A DNA stretch of 64,000 bases from Treponemataceae bacterium (GTDB lineage: Bacteria; Spirochaetota; Spirochaetia; Treponematales; Rectinemataceae). The first letter of the stretch is position 1, and every line of letters begins with the position of its first letter. The notes below the pieces were generated by a model that worked only from the letters and a program-made list of their open reading frames with translations, made no database searches and was not told the origin of the DNA. Position numbers and translations under genes: made by a program. The stretch covers positions 392,626 to 456,625 of the forward strand of contig CAXXGJ010000006.1 in the NCBI GenBank assembly GCA_963677895.2, read 5' to 3'. Below, in pieces: positions 40,016-49,879 of the stretch.

Positions 40016-40091
40016 CGAGTCGCTGGAAACATGAAAATCCCATCCAATACTTTACTACTCAAGTAACAAATGTAATTTGTTTAAAATTTAT

Positions 40092-40144
40092 TTGACAAAA
40101 AGTGAAAGGCCTGCTAGCATTGTTTTTGTAGCGTGTACGTTAAC
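40092..40144 (+). promoter_or_regulatory. promoter TTGACA-17-TAGCAT with LacI operator GTGTACGTTAAC
   Basis: -35 at 40092-40097, -10 at 40115-40120, operator at 40133-40144. Confidence 0.75.
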
Positions 40145-40197
40145 GCATCTATTGTCATACCGAATTTTCTGCCACTTTCGAGCACAGGAGCGTGGAA

Positions 40198-40842
40198 ATG
40201 AAGCATTCACGGACAATGGCGATGGTCCTGTTCGCTTTTCTGATCATGTCGCCAGGTTTGTCCTTCGCCGCGGACGCGAAAGTCGCCTCCTTAACCTGCG
40301 TCGGCATCTACTCCGAAACGAGCGCCGGCTATATAAGCTATCGGAACGCCGGCAAAGGCGAATGGATCGTCGTCAAGGTCGGCGACCTGATCCCGACGAG
40401 CGCCGAGATCCGCGTCAACGTCGACAGGGACTGGATAGAACTGATCCAGGCGGCCAAGCCCAATGAAGTCTACGAGTTCACCGGCAGCGAGAAGGGCGAG
40501 GTAATCGCGAAGGTCGCCGACATCATCAAGGCCAAGCCGCGCGCCGTCAGCTTCCCCAAGGGAACGGCTGCCAAACCCGACGCCGCCTTCAAGGACAAGC
40601 TCGTCGTCACCCAATACCTGGGAAGGCAGGTGTACAGGGCGGCCAGCGGGGAATCCAAGGACATAAAGTACGGCGACGTCCTCGACATAAAGGGCAAGGT
40701 GAAAATCATCGCCATCAACAACACCCTCACCCTCATGAACGCGTCCGGCGCCGTGACCACGGTCATCGGCCCGCTCAATTTCAACGTGGAACAAGTTCTC
40801 AACAATAAAAGTCTCTACAAGTATCTGAATGTCCAGAAATAG
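40198..40842 (+). CDS. exported hypothetical protein heading the sugar ABC operon
   Basis: signal peptide (..SFA-ADA), AGGAG RBS, strong GC3 codon bias. Confidence 0.8.
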   Translation: MKHSRTMAMVLFAFLIMSPGLSFAADAKVASLTCVGIYSETSAGYISYRNAGKGEWIVVKVGDLIPTSAEIRVNVDRDWIELIQAAKPNEVYEFTGSEKGEVIAKVADIIKAKPRAVSFPKGTAAKPDAAFKDKLVVTQYLGRQVYRAASGESKDIKYGDVLDIKGKVKIIAINNTLTLMNASGAVTTVIGPLNFNVEQVLNNKSLYKYLNVQK

Positions 40843-40920
40843 GCGAAAGGAGGAGGCGACCCGGAGAAGGGGAAGGCGCATGACGTCATTGCGACGAAAT
40901 TCAATACATGGAGGGTTTCA

Positions 40921-41898
40921 ATGAAAAACTGGAAAAAAGTCCTAGTACTGTTGCCGGCGATGCTGTTGATCTTCTCCGCATCGGCCTTCGCGGCTCCGCC
41001 CAAGACATGGGTCGTCGGTTTCGCCCAGATCGGCTCCGAGAGCGAGTGGAGAACCGCCGATACGATCTCGGTGCAGAATGCCTTCAACGAGGATGAGAGC
41101 TTCATCCTGATCTATTCCGATGCCCAGCAGAAGCAGGAGAACCAGATCAAGGCGCTGCGCTCCTTCATCGCGAGAAAGGTGGACTGCATCGTGTTCACCG
41201 CCCTCGTGGAGACCGGCTACGGCCCCGTGCTTCAGGAAGCGAAGCGCGCCGGCATCCCCGTCATCATGATCGACCGCGACGTCCAGGAATCCGACAGGTC
41301 CCTGAGGCTCACGATCATGGGATCCAACTTCATCACGGAAGGCGAGAAAGCGGGCAACTGGCTCGCCGCCTACCTCAAGCAGAAGGGCTTGGACGACGGC
41401 AAGAAACCGATCAATATCGTGGAACTCCAGGGCACGACGGGCTCCGCCCCTGCCATCGAAAGGAAGACCGGCTTCGCGAACATCATGAAGCAGCATTCCA
41501 ACTGGCAGCTCACCCGCTCCCAGACGGGCAACTTCACGAGCTCCGAGGGCAAGGCCGTCATGGAAGCCTTCCTGAAGGCCGACAAGACGATCCAGGTCCT
41601 CTATGCCCATAACGACCAGATGGCCTTAGGCGCCATTCAGGCCATCAAGGAAGCCGGACTGAAGCCGGGCAAGGATATCATCATCATCGGCGTGGACGCC
41701 GTCAAAGGCGCTTTCGAGGCCATCGTGGCGGGCGAGATGAACTGCACGGTCGAGTGCAGCCCATTGCTCGGACCTCAGGCTGTACAGGCCGTGACCGACC
41801 TGCGTGACGGGAAGAAACTCCCGGCCCGCATCTACACGATCGAAGGTCTCTTCGACGAGACCAACGCCGCGGCGGCCCTGCCGTCCAGGCAGTACTGA
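40921..41898 (+). CDS. ytfQ: sugar ABC transporter substrate-binding protein, YtfQ-like (furanose)
   Basis: VGFAQIGSESEWR, DAQQKQENQIKA, ELQGTTGS, AHND.MA, ECSP.LG. Confidence 0.85.
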   Translation: MKNWKKVLVLLPAMLLIFSASAFAAPPKTWVVGFAQIGSESEWRTADTISVQNAFNEDESFILIYSDAQQKQENQIKALRSFIARKVDCIVFTALVETGYGPVLQEAKRAGIPVIMIDRDVQESDRSLRLTIMGSNFITEGEKAGNWLAAYLKQKGLDDGKKPINIVELQGTTGSAPAIERKTGFANIMKQHSNWQLTRSQTGNFTSSEGKAVMEAFLKADKTIQVLYAHNDQMALGAIQAIKEAGLKPGKDIIIIGVDAVKGAFEAIVAGEMNCTVECSPLLGPQAVQAVTDLRDGKKLPARIYTIEGLFDETNAAAALPSRQY

Positions 41899-41937
41899 CC
41901 TGCGTATTGATTTAGCGATGTATCGATAGTATATCCT

Positions 41938-41995
41938 GAAGGGACAAGGTTGCCTCTCGCCGCAAGGGCGATGAGGAGGCTTTGTCCCTTCGTTT
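41938..41995 (+). other. large hairpin after the SBP gene
   Basis: GAAGGGACAA (41938-41947) / TTGTCCCTTC (41982-41991) enclosing an inner stem. Confidence 0.6.
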
Positions 41996-42023
41996 GCGGA
42001 CTGTTTCAGCGGGAGGCATCCAA

Positions 42024-43586
42024 ATGTCCGACAACGCCCCAATCGTCGAGTTGAAGACGATAAGCAAAACTTTTCCTGGCGTGAGGGCTTTGTCCAGCGT
42101 GGATTTTCGCCTTTTCCCGGGCGAAGTCCATGCCCTCATGGGGCAAAACGGAGCGGGCAAATCCACCCTGGTAAAGGTGCTCACCGGCGTGTATCGCCAG
42201 GATTCAGGAGAGATTCTCCTCGAAGGCAAGCCGATAAGGCCGGATTCGCCCCTCGCCGCCCAAAGACTGGGAATCAACACCGTCTATCAGGAAATCAACC
42301 TCTGCCTCAATCTCTCGGTGGCTGAAAACATCTTCATCGGCAGGGAGCCGAAGCGCCTAGGCAGGATCGACTGGAAGACCATGAACGGAAAAGCCGTGGA
42401 AGTCCTGAAGCGGCTCAACATCGGCATCGACGTGACGAAGATTCTGTCTTCCTATTCGATCGCCGTGCAGCAGATGGTGGCCATTTCCCGCGTCCTCGAT
42501 TCGTCCTCCAAGGTTCTCATCCTCGACGAGCCCACGTCGAGCCTCGACGAGACCGAAGTCGCCCAACTTTTTAAGGTTATAAAGAAGTTGCGCGACGAAG
42601 GAATGGCCATCCTTTTCATCACGCACTTCCTGGACCAGACGTACCAGATTTCCGACAGGATCACCGTGCTGAAGAACGGCGAATTCGTGGGGGAATACGA
42701 GACGGGGAACCTGCCCAAACTGGAGCTGATCGCCAAGATGCTCGGCAAGGAACTCTCCGAATTCAGCTATACGACGAGCGGCGCGCGGGAGAAGAAACAC
42801 GGGACCGCCGACGATACGGCCGCCGAGGATACGGCCGCCGACGATACGGCTGCCGGGACGACGCCCCTTCTCGAGGCGAAGAGTCTCGGCCTGCGCGGCT
42901 CGATCGCCCCCTTCGACATCGCGCTTCGCGAGGGCGACGTGCTTGGTTTCGCGGGGCTCCTGGGCTCGGGGAGGACGGAGACGGCGAGACTTCTCTTCGG
43001 CATCGACGCCGCCGATCAGGGCGACTTGGCCGTGAAAGGGAAGAAAGCCGGCATCAGCTCGCCGAGGGGCGCGATGATGGCCGGCATGGGCTTCTGCTCC
43101 GAGGATAGGAAGAACGAGGGGATTTTCGCCGAACTCTCTATACGGGAGAACATCATCCTCGCGCTCCAGGCGAAGATGGGCGCGTCGAAATACCTTTCGA
43201 CGAAAAAGCAGCTGGAGATCGCCGAGGAGCTCATAGCGTCGCTGAGAATCGTCACGCCGAGCGCCAACGGCGAGGCCAAGCAGCTCTCCGGCGGCAATCA
43301 GCAGAAACTGCTGCTGGCTCGCTGGCTCTGCACCAATCCCATAATCCTCATCCTCGACGAGCCCACCCGCGGTATCGACGTGGGCGCGAAACTCGAAATC
43401 ATGGAGCAGATACTCAACCTGAGCAGAAAAGGCCTTGGGGTCATCTTCATCTCGTCGGAATTCGAGGAAGTGCTGCGCTGCAGCACGAAAATTGCCGTTT
43501 TCAGGGACAAGGTGAAGATCGCGGAACTCGAGGGAGAGGACATGAACGAGAGGACCATCATGCAGACTATCGCGGGAGGCAGATGA
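42024..43586 (+). CDS. sugar ABC transporter ATP-binding protein, YtfR-like
   Basis: GQNGAGKST, LDEPTSSLD, LSGGNQQK, DEPTRGIDVGAK. Confidence 0.93.
   Translation: MSDNAPIVELKTISKTFPGVRALSSVDFRLFPGEVHALMGQNGAGKSTLVKVLTGVYRQDSGEILLEGKPIRPDSPLAAQRLGINTVYQEINLCLNLSVAENIFIGREPKRLGRIDWKTMNGKAVEVLKRLNIGIDVTKILSSYSIAVQQMVAISRVLDSSSKVLILDEPTSSLDETEVAQLFKVIKKLRDEGMAILFITHFLDQTYQISDRITVLKNGEFVGEYETGNLPKLELIAKMLGKELSEFSYTTSGAREKKHGTADDTAAEDTAADDTAAGTTPLLEAKSLGLRGSIAPFDIALREGDVLGFAGLLGSGRTETARLLFGIDAADQGDLAVKGKKAGISSPRGAMMAGMGFCSEDRKNEGIFAELSIRENIILALQAKMGASKYLSTKKQLEIAEELIASLRIVTPSANGEAKQLSGGNQQKLLLARWLCTNPIILILDEPTRGIDVGAKLEIMEQILNLSRKGLGVIFISSEFEEVLRCSTKIAVFRDKVKIAELEGEDMNERTIMQTIAGGR
42805..42855 (+). 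repeat. in-frame 15-bp tandem repeat (x3.4) in the ATPase linker
   Basis: CCGCCGA(C/G)GATACGG repeats encoding DDTAA/EDTAA/DDTAA. Confidence 0.85.
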
Positions 43587-44611
43587 ACATGGCGTGGCTG
43601 AATACCCTGACGCGCAGGAAAATCTTCTGGCCGCTGGTCGCCCTCGCCTTCCTTCTCGCCTTCAATCTATTCTTCACCCCCAACTTCTTCAGCGTCGAGA
43701 TAAAACAGGGCCACCTCTACGGCAATGTCATCGACATCCTGAAGAACGGCGCGCCGATCATGCTTCTGGCCGTCGGCTTGACCCTCGTCATAGCGACGAA
43801 GGGCATCGACATCTCGGTGGGATCGGTGGTGGCCATTTCGGCGGGCGTCGTGGCCATGCTGATAGGCGGCGACCTCAAGGGCAACCCCAAGTATCCCATC
43901 GCCTTCGCGATGTCGGCAGCCGTGCTCGTGTCGATCGCCGCGGGGATGTGGAACGGCATGCTCGTCTCCTGGGTGGGGATGCAGCCGATCATCGCGACCC
44001 TGATCCTCTCCGTGGCGGGGCGCGGCATCGCGATGGTCACCACCAACGCCATGGTCGTCTGGCTCTACGCCAAACCCTTCGCCCTCCTCGGACAGGGCTA
44101 CCTGCTGGGTCTGCCCTTTTCGATCTATATGGTGGCCGTCCTTCTTTTGATGACATGGCTGGCCACGCGGCGGACCGCCCTCGGCCTCTTCATCGAGGCT
44201 GTGGGCATCAACCCGACCGCCTCGCGCTTCGCGGGCATCAACGCGAAAAACCTCATCTTCTGGGTCTACGCCTTTTCGGGCTTCTGCGCGGGCGTATCGG
44301 GCCTCGTCGTCTGCTCGACCGTGATGAGTGCCGACGGGAACAACGCCGGCCTCGGCTACGAGATGGACGCGATACTGGCCGTCGTCATAGGCGGAACCTC
44401 CATGAACGGGGGGAAATTCTATCTTTTCGGCTCCATGGTAGGCGCGCTGATCGTCCAGACCCTGACGACGACCATCTACGCCTTCAACGTTCCGCCCGAG
44501 ATAGCACAGGTGGTGAAGGCTCTCGTCGTGTGGACTGTCAGCCTCCTTCAGTCGGCCACCTTCCGCGCCAAGGTCGCCAGCCTCTTCGGCAAGAGGGAGG
44601 TGGCGGCATGA
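43583..44611 (+). CDS. sugar ABC transporter permease, YtfT-like
   Basis: GIDISVGS, QPIIATL, GRGIA, EMDAILAVVIGGT. Confidence 0.9.
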   Translation: MNMAWLNTLTRRKIFWPLVALAFLLAFNLFFTPNFFSVEIKQGHLYGNVIDILKNGAPIMLLAVGLTLVIATKGIDISVGSVVAISAGVVAMLIGGDLKGNPKYPIAFAMSAAVLVSIAAGMWNGMLVSWVGMQPIIATLILSVAGRGIAMVTTNAMVVWLYAKPFALLGQGYLLGLPFSIYMVAVLLLMTWLATRRTALGLFIEAVGINPTASRFAGINAKNLIFWVYAFSGFCAGVSGLVVCSTVMSADGNNAGLGYEMDAILAVVIGGTSMNGGKFYLFGSMVGALIVQTLTTTIYAFNVPPEIAQVVKALVVWTVSLLQSATFRAKVASLFGKREVAA

Positions 44612-45606
44612 AGCTGAAATCCATATTCAGCCCGAAAAACCTGCCCACTATCGTGACCCTCGGCCTTTTCATCCTCATGTTCGGCCTGGGGTCGGTCTCC
44701 TTCAGAGGCTTCTTTTCCCTTCAGAATTTCCTCAACCTCTTCATCGACAACGCCTACCTCATCATCATCGCCGTGGGGATGACCTTCGTCATCATCTCGG
44801 GGGGCATCGACCTTTCGGTCGGTTCCATGCTCGCCCTCTCCACGATGGTGACGTCGAGCCTCCTGGAAAAATCCCGCTGGGATCCCCTCTACGTCATCCC
44901 CGTCGTCCTCTTGATGGGCGTGGCGCTGGGGCTCTTCATGGGCTGGCTCATCCAGACCTTCGACATACCGCCCTTCATCATCACGCTGGCGGGGCTCTAC
45001 CTCGCCAGAGGGCTCTGCTACGTGGTAAGCATAGACACGATCGGTATCACCCACCCCTTCTGGCAGGCCATGGCGAGCTCCGCGATCCCGATCGCGGGGA
45101 ACAGCTTCATCTCGCCGAGCGTGATCATCGCCGTCGTCATCCTGATAGCGGGAATGTACGTTTCGCGCTTCACCAAGTTCGGGCGGACGGTCTTCGCCAT
45201 AGGCGGAAACGAGCAATCGGCCGTGCTGATGGGCCTGCCGGTGGCGCGGACGAAAATCCTACTCTACGCATTCTCGGGCTTCTGCTCGGCGCTGGCGGGC
45301 ATCGTCTTCACCTTCTATACGCTCTCTGGCTACGCCCTGAACGGAAGAGGCATGGAAATGGACGCGATCGCGACGGTGGTGATAGGCGGAACCCTTCTCT
45401 CCGGTGGCGTGGGAAGCGTCTTGGGCACCCTTTTCGGCGTCTTTGTCTACGGGACGATCCAGGTGCTGATCGTCTTCCAGGGAACGCTCAACTCCTGGTG
45501 GACGCGCATCGCGATCGGTTTCCTGGTATTCGTTTTCTGCCTGCTGCAGAGGCTGTTTGAGGTGAGGAAGGGGGGCAAGCGGCGGAAGAGTTCCGCCGCC
45601 GCCTGA
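44608..45606 (+). CDS. sugar ABC transporter permease, YjfF-like
   Basis: FIDNA, GGIDLSVGS, PPFIITLAG, GTLLSGG.G, QGTL.SWWT; ATGA overlap. Confidence 0.9.
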   Translation: MKLKSIFSPKNLPTIVTLGLFILMFGLGSVSFRGFFSLQNFLNLFIDNAYLIIIAVGMTFVIISGGIDLSVGSMLALSTMVTSSLLEKSRWDPLYVIPVVLLMGVALGLFMGWLIQTFDIPPFIITLAGLYLARGLCYVVSIDTIGITHPFWQAMASSAIPIAGNSFISPSVIIAVVILIAGMYVSRFTKFGRTVFAIGGNEQSAVLMGLPVARTKILLYAFSGFCSALAGIVFTFYTLSGYALNGRGMEMDAIATVVIGGTLLSGGVGSVLGTLFGVFVYGTIQVLIVFQGTLNSWWTRIAIGFLVFVFCLLQRLFEVRKGGKRRKSSAAA

Positions 45607-45618
45607 TGAATTATTATC

Positions 45619-47109
45619 TCATGACCAAACGCTGTCGTTCCATTGAAGCATGGATTCCAGCATTCGCGGGTCGCGTTCCTTGTTGATCTCGAAATATTCA
45701 ACGCCGGCGATCCTGGCGTAATCCTCCAGCATTTCAGCGCTCACCTGCGTCGAGAAGCCGGTGTGATGGGCGCCGCCCGCGAGGATCCAGAGCCTCGCCG
45801 CGTCCTTGAGGGAGGGCTCCGGCTTCCAGAGCACCCTCGCCACGGGCAGTTTCGGCATCGGGGCGGGCAGGCTTACGGACTCGATGAGGTTCGAAAGGAG
45901 CCGGAATCGCCCTCCTAAATCGAGCAACGTCGCGACGATGGCTTTGCCGATCCGCGTCTCGAACACCGCGCGCGCGGGGGCGGCCTTGCCGCCTATGCCG
46001 AGCGGATGCACTTCGATCCTGGGCTTGCCGTTCGCTATGCTGGGGCATACCTCGAGCATATGCGCGCCCAGTATGAGTTCGTTTCCGGGCTCGAAATGGT
46101 AGGTGTAGTCTTCCATGAAGGAGGTGCCGCCAGCGAGGCCTTCGCCCATCACCTTCATCGCGCGCACGAGGGCCGCGGTCTTCCAGTCGCCCTCGGCGCC
46201 GAAGCCGTAGCCGTCCATCATGAGGCGCTGCGACGCCAGTCCGGGAAGTTGTGCGAGCTTGCCAAGGTCCTCGAAGGTGGTGGTAAACGAACCAGCGTTA
46301 TGCGATTCAAGAAATCGGCGGATTCCCCGCTCGATGCGGGCCTGTTCCCGCACGCTGGCCATCGCGGCCTCGCTGCCCGAGACTTCGGGGGCGAAATCGA
46401 AGAGCCCGCGATATTCGTCCATGGCTTTGTCGAGTTCGGCCTCGGTCACCGCCTCCACTTCCCGGACAAGATCCCCTATCCCGTAGCCGTTGACCGACCA
46501 GCCCAGCTGGATCTGCGCCGATACCTTGTTGCCCTCCGTCACCGCGACATCGCGCATGTTGTCGCCGAAGCGGACCACGGCTTTCTCCTGGCCGTCGGCG
46601 AAGGCGCAGGCCGCGCGCATCCAGGCGCCGACGCGCTGCCGCACTTCGGGATCCTGCCAATGGCCGACGACGACCTTGCGCGCGATCTTCATCCTCGTCT
46701 GGATGAAGCCGTGCTCCCTGTCGCCGTGCGCCGACTGGTTCAGGTTCATGAAATCCATGTCGATGGTGGCCCAGGGGATATCCCGGTTGAACTGCGTGTG
46801 CAGATGGAGCAGCGGTTTATGGTTGACGGCGAGCCCCGCGATCCACATTCTCGATGGCGAGAAGGTGTGCATCCAGGTGACGAGGCCGGCGCAGGCCGGA
46901 GAGGCGTTCGCTTCCCTGAATAGGGCAAGAATTTCTTCGGAGCTCTTCGCCACCTTCTTGAAAACGAAGGGCGAAGGGAGGGCCGGATCAGCCGCGAAAC
47001 CGCCTGCCATGGCGCGCGCGTGCTCCTCGACGGTCTTCAGGACTTCGGGGCCGTAGAGGTCCTGGCTGCCCACGACGAACCAGAACTCATGTTTTTTGAG
47101 CGTGTTCAT
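45619..47109 (-). CDS. araA: L-arabinose isomerase
   Basis: GSQ.LYG, WMHTFSP, NLNQSAHGDRE, AEGDWK, FMEDYTY, GAHMLE, GGAHH. Confidence 0.97.
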   Translation of the reverse strand: MNTLKKHEFWFVVGSQDLYGPEVLKTVEEHARAMAGGFAADPALPSPFVFKKVAKSSEEILALFREANASPACAGLVTWMHTFSPSRMWIAGLAVNHKPLLHLHTQFNRDIPWATIDMDFMNLNQSAHGDREHGFIQTRMKIARKVVVGHWQDPEVRQRVGAWMRAACAFADGQEKAVVRFGDNMRDVAVTEGNKVSAQIQLGWSVNGYGIGDLVREVEAVTEAELDKAMDEYRGLFDFAPEVSGSEAAMASVREQARIERGIRRFLESHNAGSFTTTFEDLGKLAQLPGLASQRLMMDGYGFGAEGDWKTAALVRAMKVMGEGLAGGTSFMEDYTYHFEPGNELILGAHMLEVCPSIANGKPRIEVHPLGIGGKAAPARAVFETRIGKAIVATLLDLGGRFRLLSNLIESVSLPAPMPKLPVARVLWKPEPSLKDAARLWILAGGAHHTGFSTQVSAEMLEDYARIAGVEYFEINKERDPRMLESMLQWNDSVWS

Positions 47110-48758
47110 GAGAGCTCCTTTTCGATGAAGCGGCCGAACTCCACATACTTCTTGTACCGCTTATCGTAGAAAGCCGCGCGCGCGGGGTCCGGCTCGACGC
47201 TGCGCTCGACGGGCGGAAGCATGCGCCTCTGCGCCTCGGCGACCGTCGGATGAATTCCGGCGACGACGGAGGCGAACATGGCCGCGCCCAGGGCGACGGA
47301 TTGGTCGCCGGAGGCGATGTCGATAGGCATGCCGAGCACGTCGGCGACGATCTGCATGACGAGCGGTGATTTCTTCGCCACGCCGCCGATGGCGACGATA
47401 CGGTCTATCTTCACGCCCTCGCTCCTGAAGCGTTCGACGATGGCGCGGGCGCCGTAGGCGGTGGCCTCGATGAGGGCGCGGTAGATCATGGGCGCCGTGG
47501 TGCCGAGCGTGAGCCCTGAGATGGCCCCTTGCAGAAGCTGGTTGGCGTCGGGCGTCCGGCGGCCGTTGAGCCAGTCGAGAGCGAGCAACGTTGAGCCGGC
47601 GGGGTCGATCAGCGCCGCTTCTTTTTCAAGCGCCGACATAATCTTCGCGCTTGCTTCTTCCGCTTTATCGGGCAGGATCGTCTCGATCGGCCAGGATAGA
47701 ATCTTTTTATACCAGGCGAAGACATCGCCGAAGGCCGACTGGCCGGCCTCATAGCCGAGCATGGAGGGGATGATGGAACCGTCGACTTGGCCGCAAATGC
47801 CTCCGACGAGCCTTTCGTCGGAGACCGGGAGGGGGCCGACCGTCATGTCGCAGGTGCTCGTGCCCATGACCTTGACGAGGACTCCCTCCCTCACGCCGCC
47901 GCCCACGGCGCCCATGTGCGCGTCGTAGGCGCCCACGGCGACGGGGATGCCCGCCGTCAGGTGGAGCCTTTCAGCCCATTCCCCCGTGAGGGGGCCGCAG
48001 GTCCTGTCGCTCGTCCAGGTTTCTTTCCCGAGCGTTTCGCGGATTCTGGAGAGTTCCGGATGGAGGAGGTTCAGGAACTCAGCCGCCGGGTAGCCGCCGA
48101 ACTCCGCGTGCCACATGGCCTTGTGACCCATGGCGCAGCGGCTGCGCTTCACGGTCCGCACGGCTTGGGTTCCGGTGAGAAGGGCGGGCATCCAGTCGCA
48201 GTGTTCGACGAAGGAGTAGGCCGCCGCCGCGACGCGCGGATTGACCTTGAGGACGCGCATGACCTTAGCCCAGAACCACTCTGAGGAATAGATTCCGCCC
48301 TCGTATTTCGTGAAGTCCTCGCCGCCCCAGCTTTTCGCCGCTCTGTTGATGGCGGCGGCCTCGTCGACGGCGCTGTGGTCCTTCCACAGGATGAACATCG
48401 CGTCCGGGTCCTCGGCGAATTGGGGCAACAAGGCCAGCGGCCTGCCCTCGGCGTTCACCGCGCAGGGCGTCGAACCTGTCGTGTCGATCGCGATGCCCTT
48501 TATGGACGCGAGGGCTTCCTTTCCTATTTGGGCCAGCAGTTTGCCCATTACCGATTCCATTGACTCTATGTAGTCCAAAGGATGCTGCCTAAAAATATTC
48601 TTCCCTGGCGCGTTGAAACGTCCCGCCGCCCAGCGTGGATAGGCCGTCACCGCCTCGGCGATCTCCCGTCCGTTGCGCGCGTCGATGACTACGGCGCGAC
48701 AGGAATCTGTGCCGTAGTCGATGCCGAGGACCGGCGTTCCGCTCAATTCTTGCGACAT
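47106..48758 (-). CDS. araB: ribulokinase
   Basis: GIDYGTDS.R, DTTGST, LWKDH, GIYSSEWFWAK, GICGQVDGS, DWLNGRRTP. Confidence 0.95.
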   Translation of the reverse strand: MSQELSGTPVLGIDYGTDSCRAVVIDARNGREIAEAVTAYPRWAAGRFNAPGKNIFRQHPLDYIESMESVMGKLLAQIGKEALASIKGIAIDTTGSTPCAVNAEGRPLALLPQFAEDPDAMFILWKDHSAVDEAAAINRAAKSWGGEDFTKYEGGIYSSEWFWAKVMRVLKVNPRVAAAAYSFVEHCDWMPALLTGTQAVRTVKRSRCAMGHKAMWHAEFGGYPAAEFLNLLHPELSRIRETLGKETWTSDRTCGPLTGEWAERLHLTAGIPVAVGAYDAHMGAVGGGVREGVLVKVMGTSTCDMTVGPLPVSDERLVGGICGQVDGSIIPSMLGYEAGQSAFGDVFAWYKKILSWPIETILPDKAEEASAKIMSALEKEAALIDPAGSTLLALDWLNGRRTPDANQLLQGAISGLTLGTTAPMIYRALIEATAYGARAIVERFRSEGVKIDRIVAIGGVAKKSPLVMQIVADVLGMPIDIASGDQSVALGAAMFASVVAGIHPTVAEAQRRMLPPVERSVEPDPARAAFYDKRYKKYVEFGRFIEKELS

Positions 48759-48775
48759 TGCTCAACCTCCATTCA

Positions 48776-49849
48776 TCAGGGAAGATTTTCCCTCACGTAT
48801 ATATCGATAGGTACGATGATTTCCTTTTCGATGGCCTGCTGAAGCACCACATGGCTGTACAGCAGGTAGATGCCTTCGTATGCCTGATATTCAGGCCGCT
48901 GCGAGAGGATGCAGTCGATCGTACCGGCCCGCAGCTGGCTCTCGTTGTCCGGCACCAGATCGTAGCCGACCACCGCGATGTGCTCGCCTCCTTTGTCGTT
49001 GACAAAGGAGGCGACGCCGTGTACAGAAGCGTTTGTGACAAAGATGCCGCCGGGAGCCGGTATTTCCGCGAGCAGCTTCTGAAGAAAAGCCTCGCAGGTC
49101 GCCTTGTGCTCGATGTCGCGGCATTCGAAGATACGGATCTGGCGCGCCAACCCTGGCGCGGCGGCGCCCGGGTTGGCCGGCGGAACCACGCTCGCACCCA
49201 GCGAGTCGAAATAATGCAGGAATCCGTCGATTCTTTTTCTGATATGGAAATCTTCGCTGTGGGCGCTCACGACGCAAAAGGGACCCTCTCCCGCCGAGAA
49301 GGCGTCCAGAAGGCGGCCGGCCAGCACCCCGCTCTGGAACGCGTTCTGTCCGATTCTGGACAGGGGCGGAAAGTCGGGAAGCTGGGCATCGAAGAACACG
49401 ACGGGGAATTCCGCCGGCATGGTTTTGAGCAGGAGGGAGCTCAGCTCGGGCTGAACCGGCGCCATGAGAAGCCCGTCGAAATGCCCGTCTTCCAGCTGCC
49501 GGCGAATGTTCTCAAATAATGGAAGAGGATCGTAGCGGTTGAATTCGATCTTTCGGATGTCCACGCCGAAGGTCTTCAGCTCCTTGGCCGCTTTCTGTAT
49601 TCCCGCGTACGCGATTTTCCAATAACCGGAGTCATCGGTCGTGTTCGGCAGGAGGGCGGCGAAGGTATATTTCTTGTTGAGCTTGAGGTGACGCGCGATG
49701 GGGTTGGGCTTGTAGCCATGCTGCTCGATGAGAAATTCGATTTTAGCCTTGGTTTCCGGAGACACTCTCCCCCGATTGTGCAGAACCCTGTCCACCGTTC
49801 CGATCGAGACATGGGCCGCTTCGGCTATTTCGCGCAGTGTCATTGGCAT
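48776..49849 (-). CDS. LacI-family transcriptional regulator (arabinose regulon)
   Basis: TLREIAEAAHVSIGTVDRVLHNRGRVS HTH plus PBP-like domain. Confidence 0.92.
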   Translation of the reverse strand: MPMTLREIAEAAHVSIGTVDRVLHNRGRVSPETKAKIEFLIEQHGYKPNPIARHLKLNKKYTFAALLPNTTDDSGYWKIAYAGIQKAAKELKTFGVDIRKIEFNRYDPLPLFENIRRQLEDGHFDGLLMAPVQPELSSLLLKTMPAEFPVVFFDAQLPDFPPLSRIGQNAFQSGVLAGRLLDAFSAGEGPFCVVSAHSEDFHIRKRIDGFLHYFDSLGASVVPPANPGAAAPGLARQIRIFECRDIEHKATCEAFLQKLLAEIPAPGGIFVTNASVHGVASFVNDKGGEHIAVVGYDLVPDNESQLRAGTIDCILSQRPEYQAYEGIYLLYSHVVLQQAIEKEIIVPIDIYVRENLP

Positions 49850-49879
49850 GCTCCATCATGGATGGGAGAATGTGATTGC

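Noticed and set aside
43594..45606. 670-aa ORF suggesting a fused permease
   Set aside because: The N-terminal half is an alternative frame over ytfT; the real start is ATG 44608 with RBS and ATGA overlap
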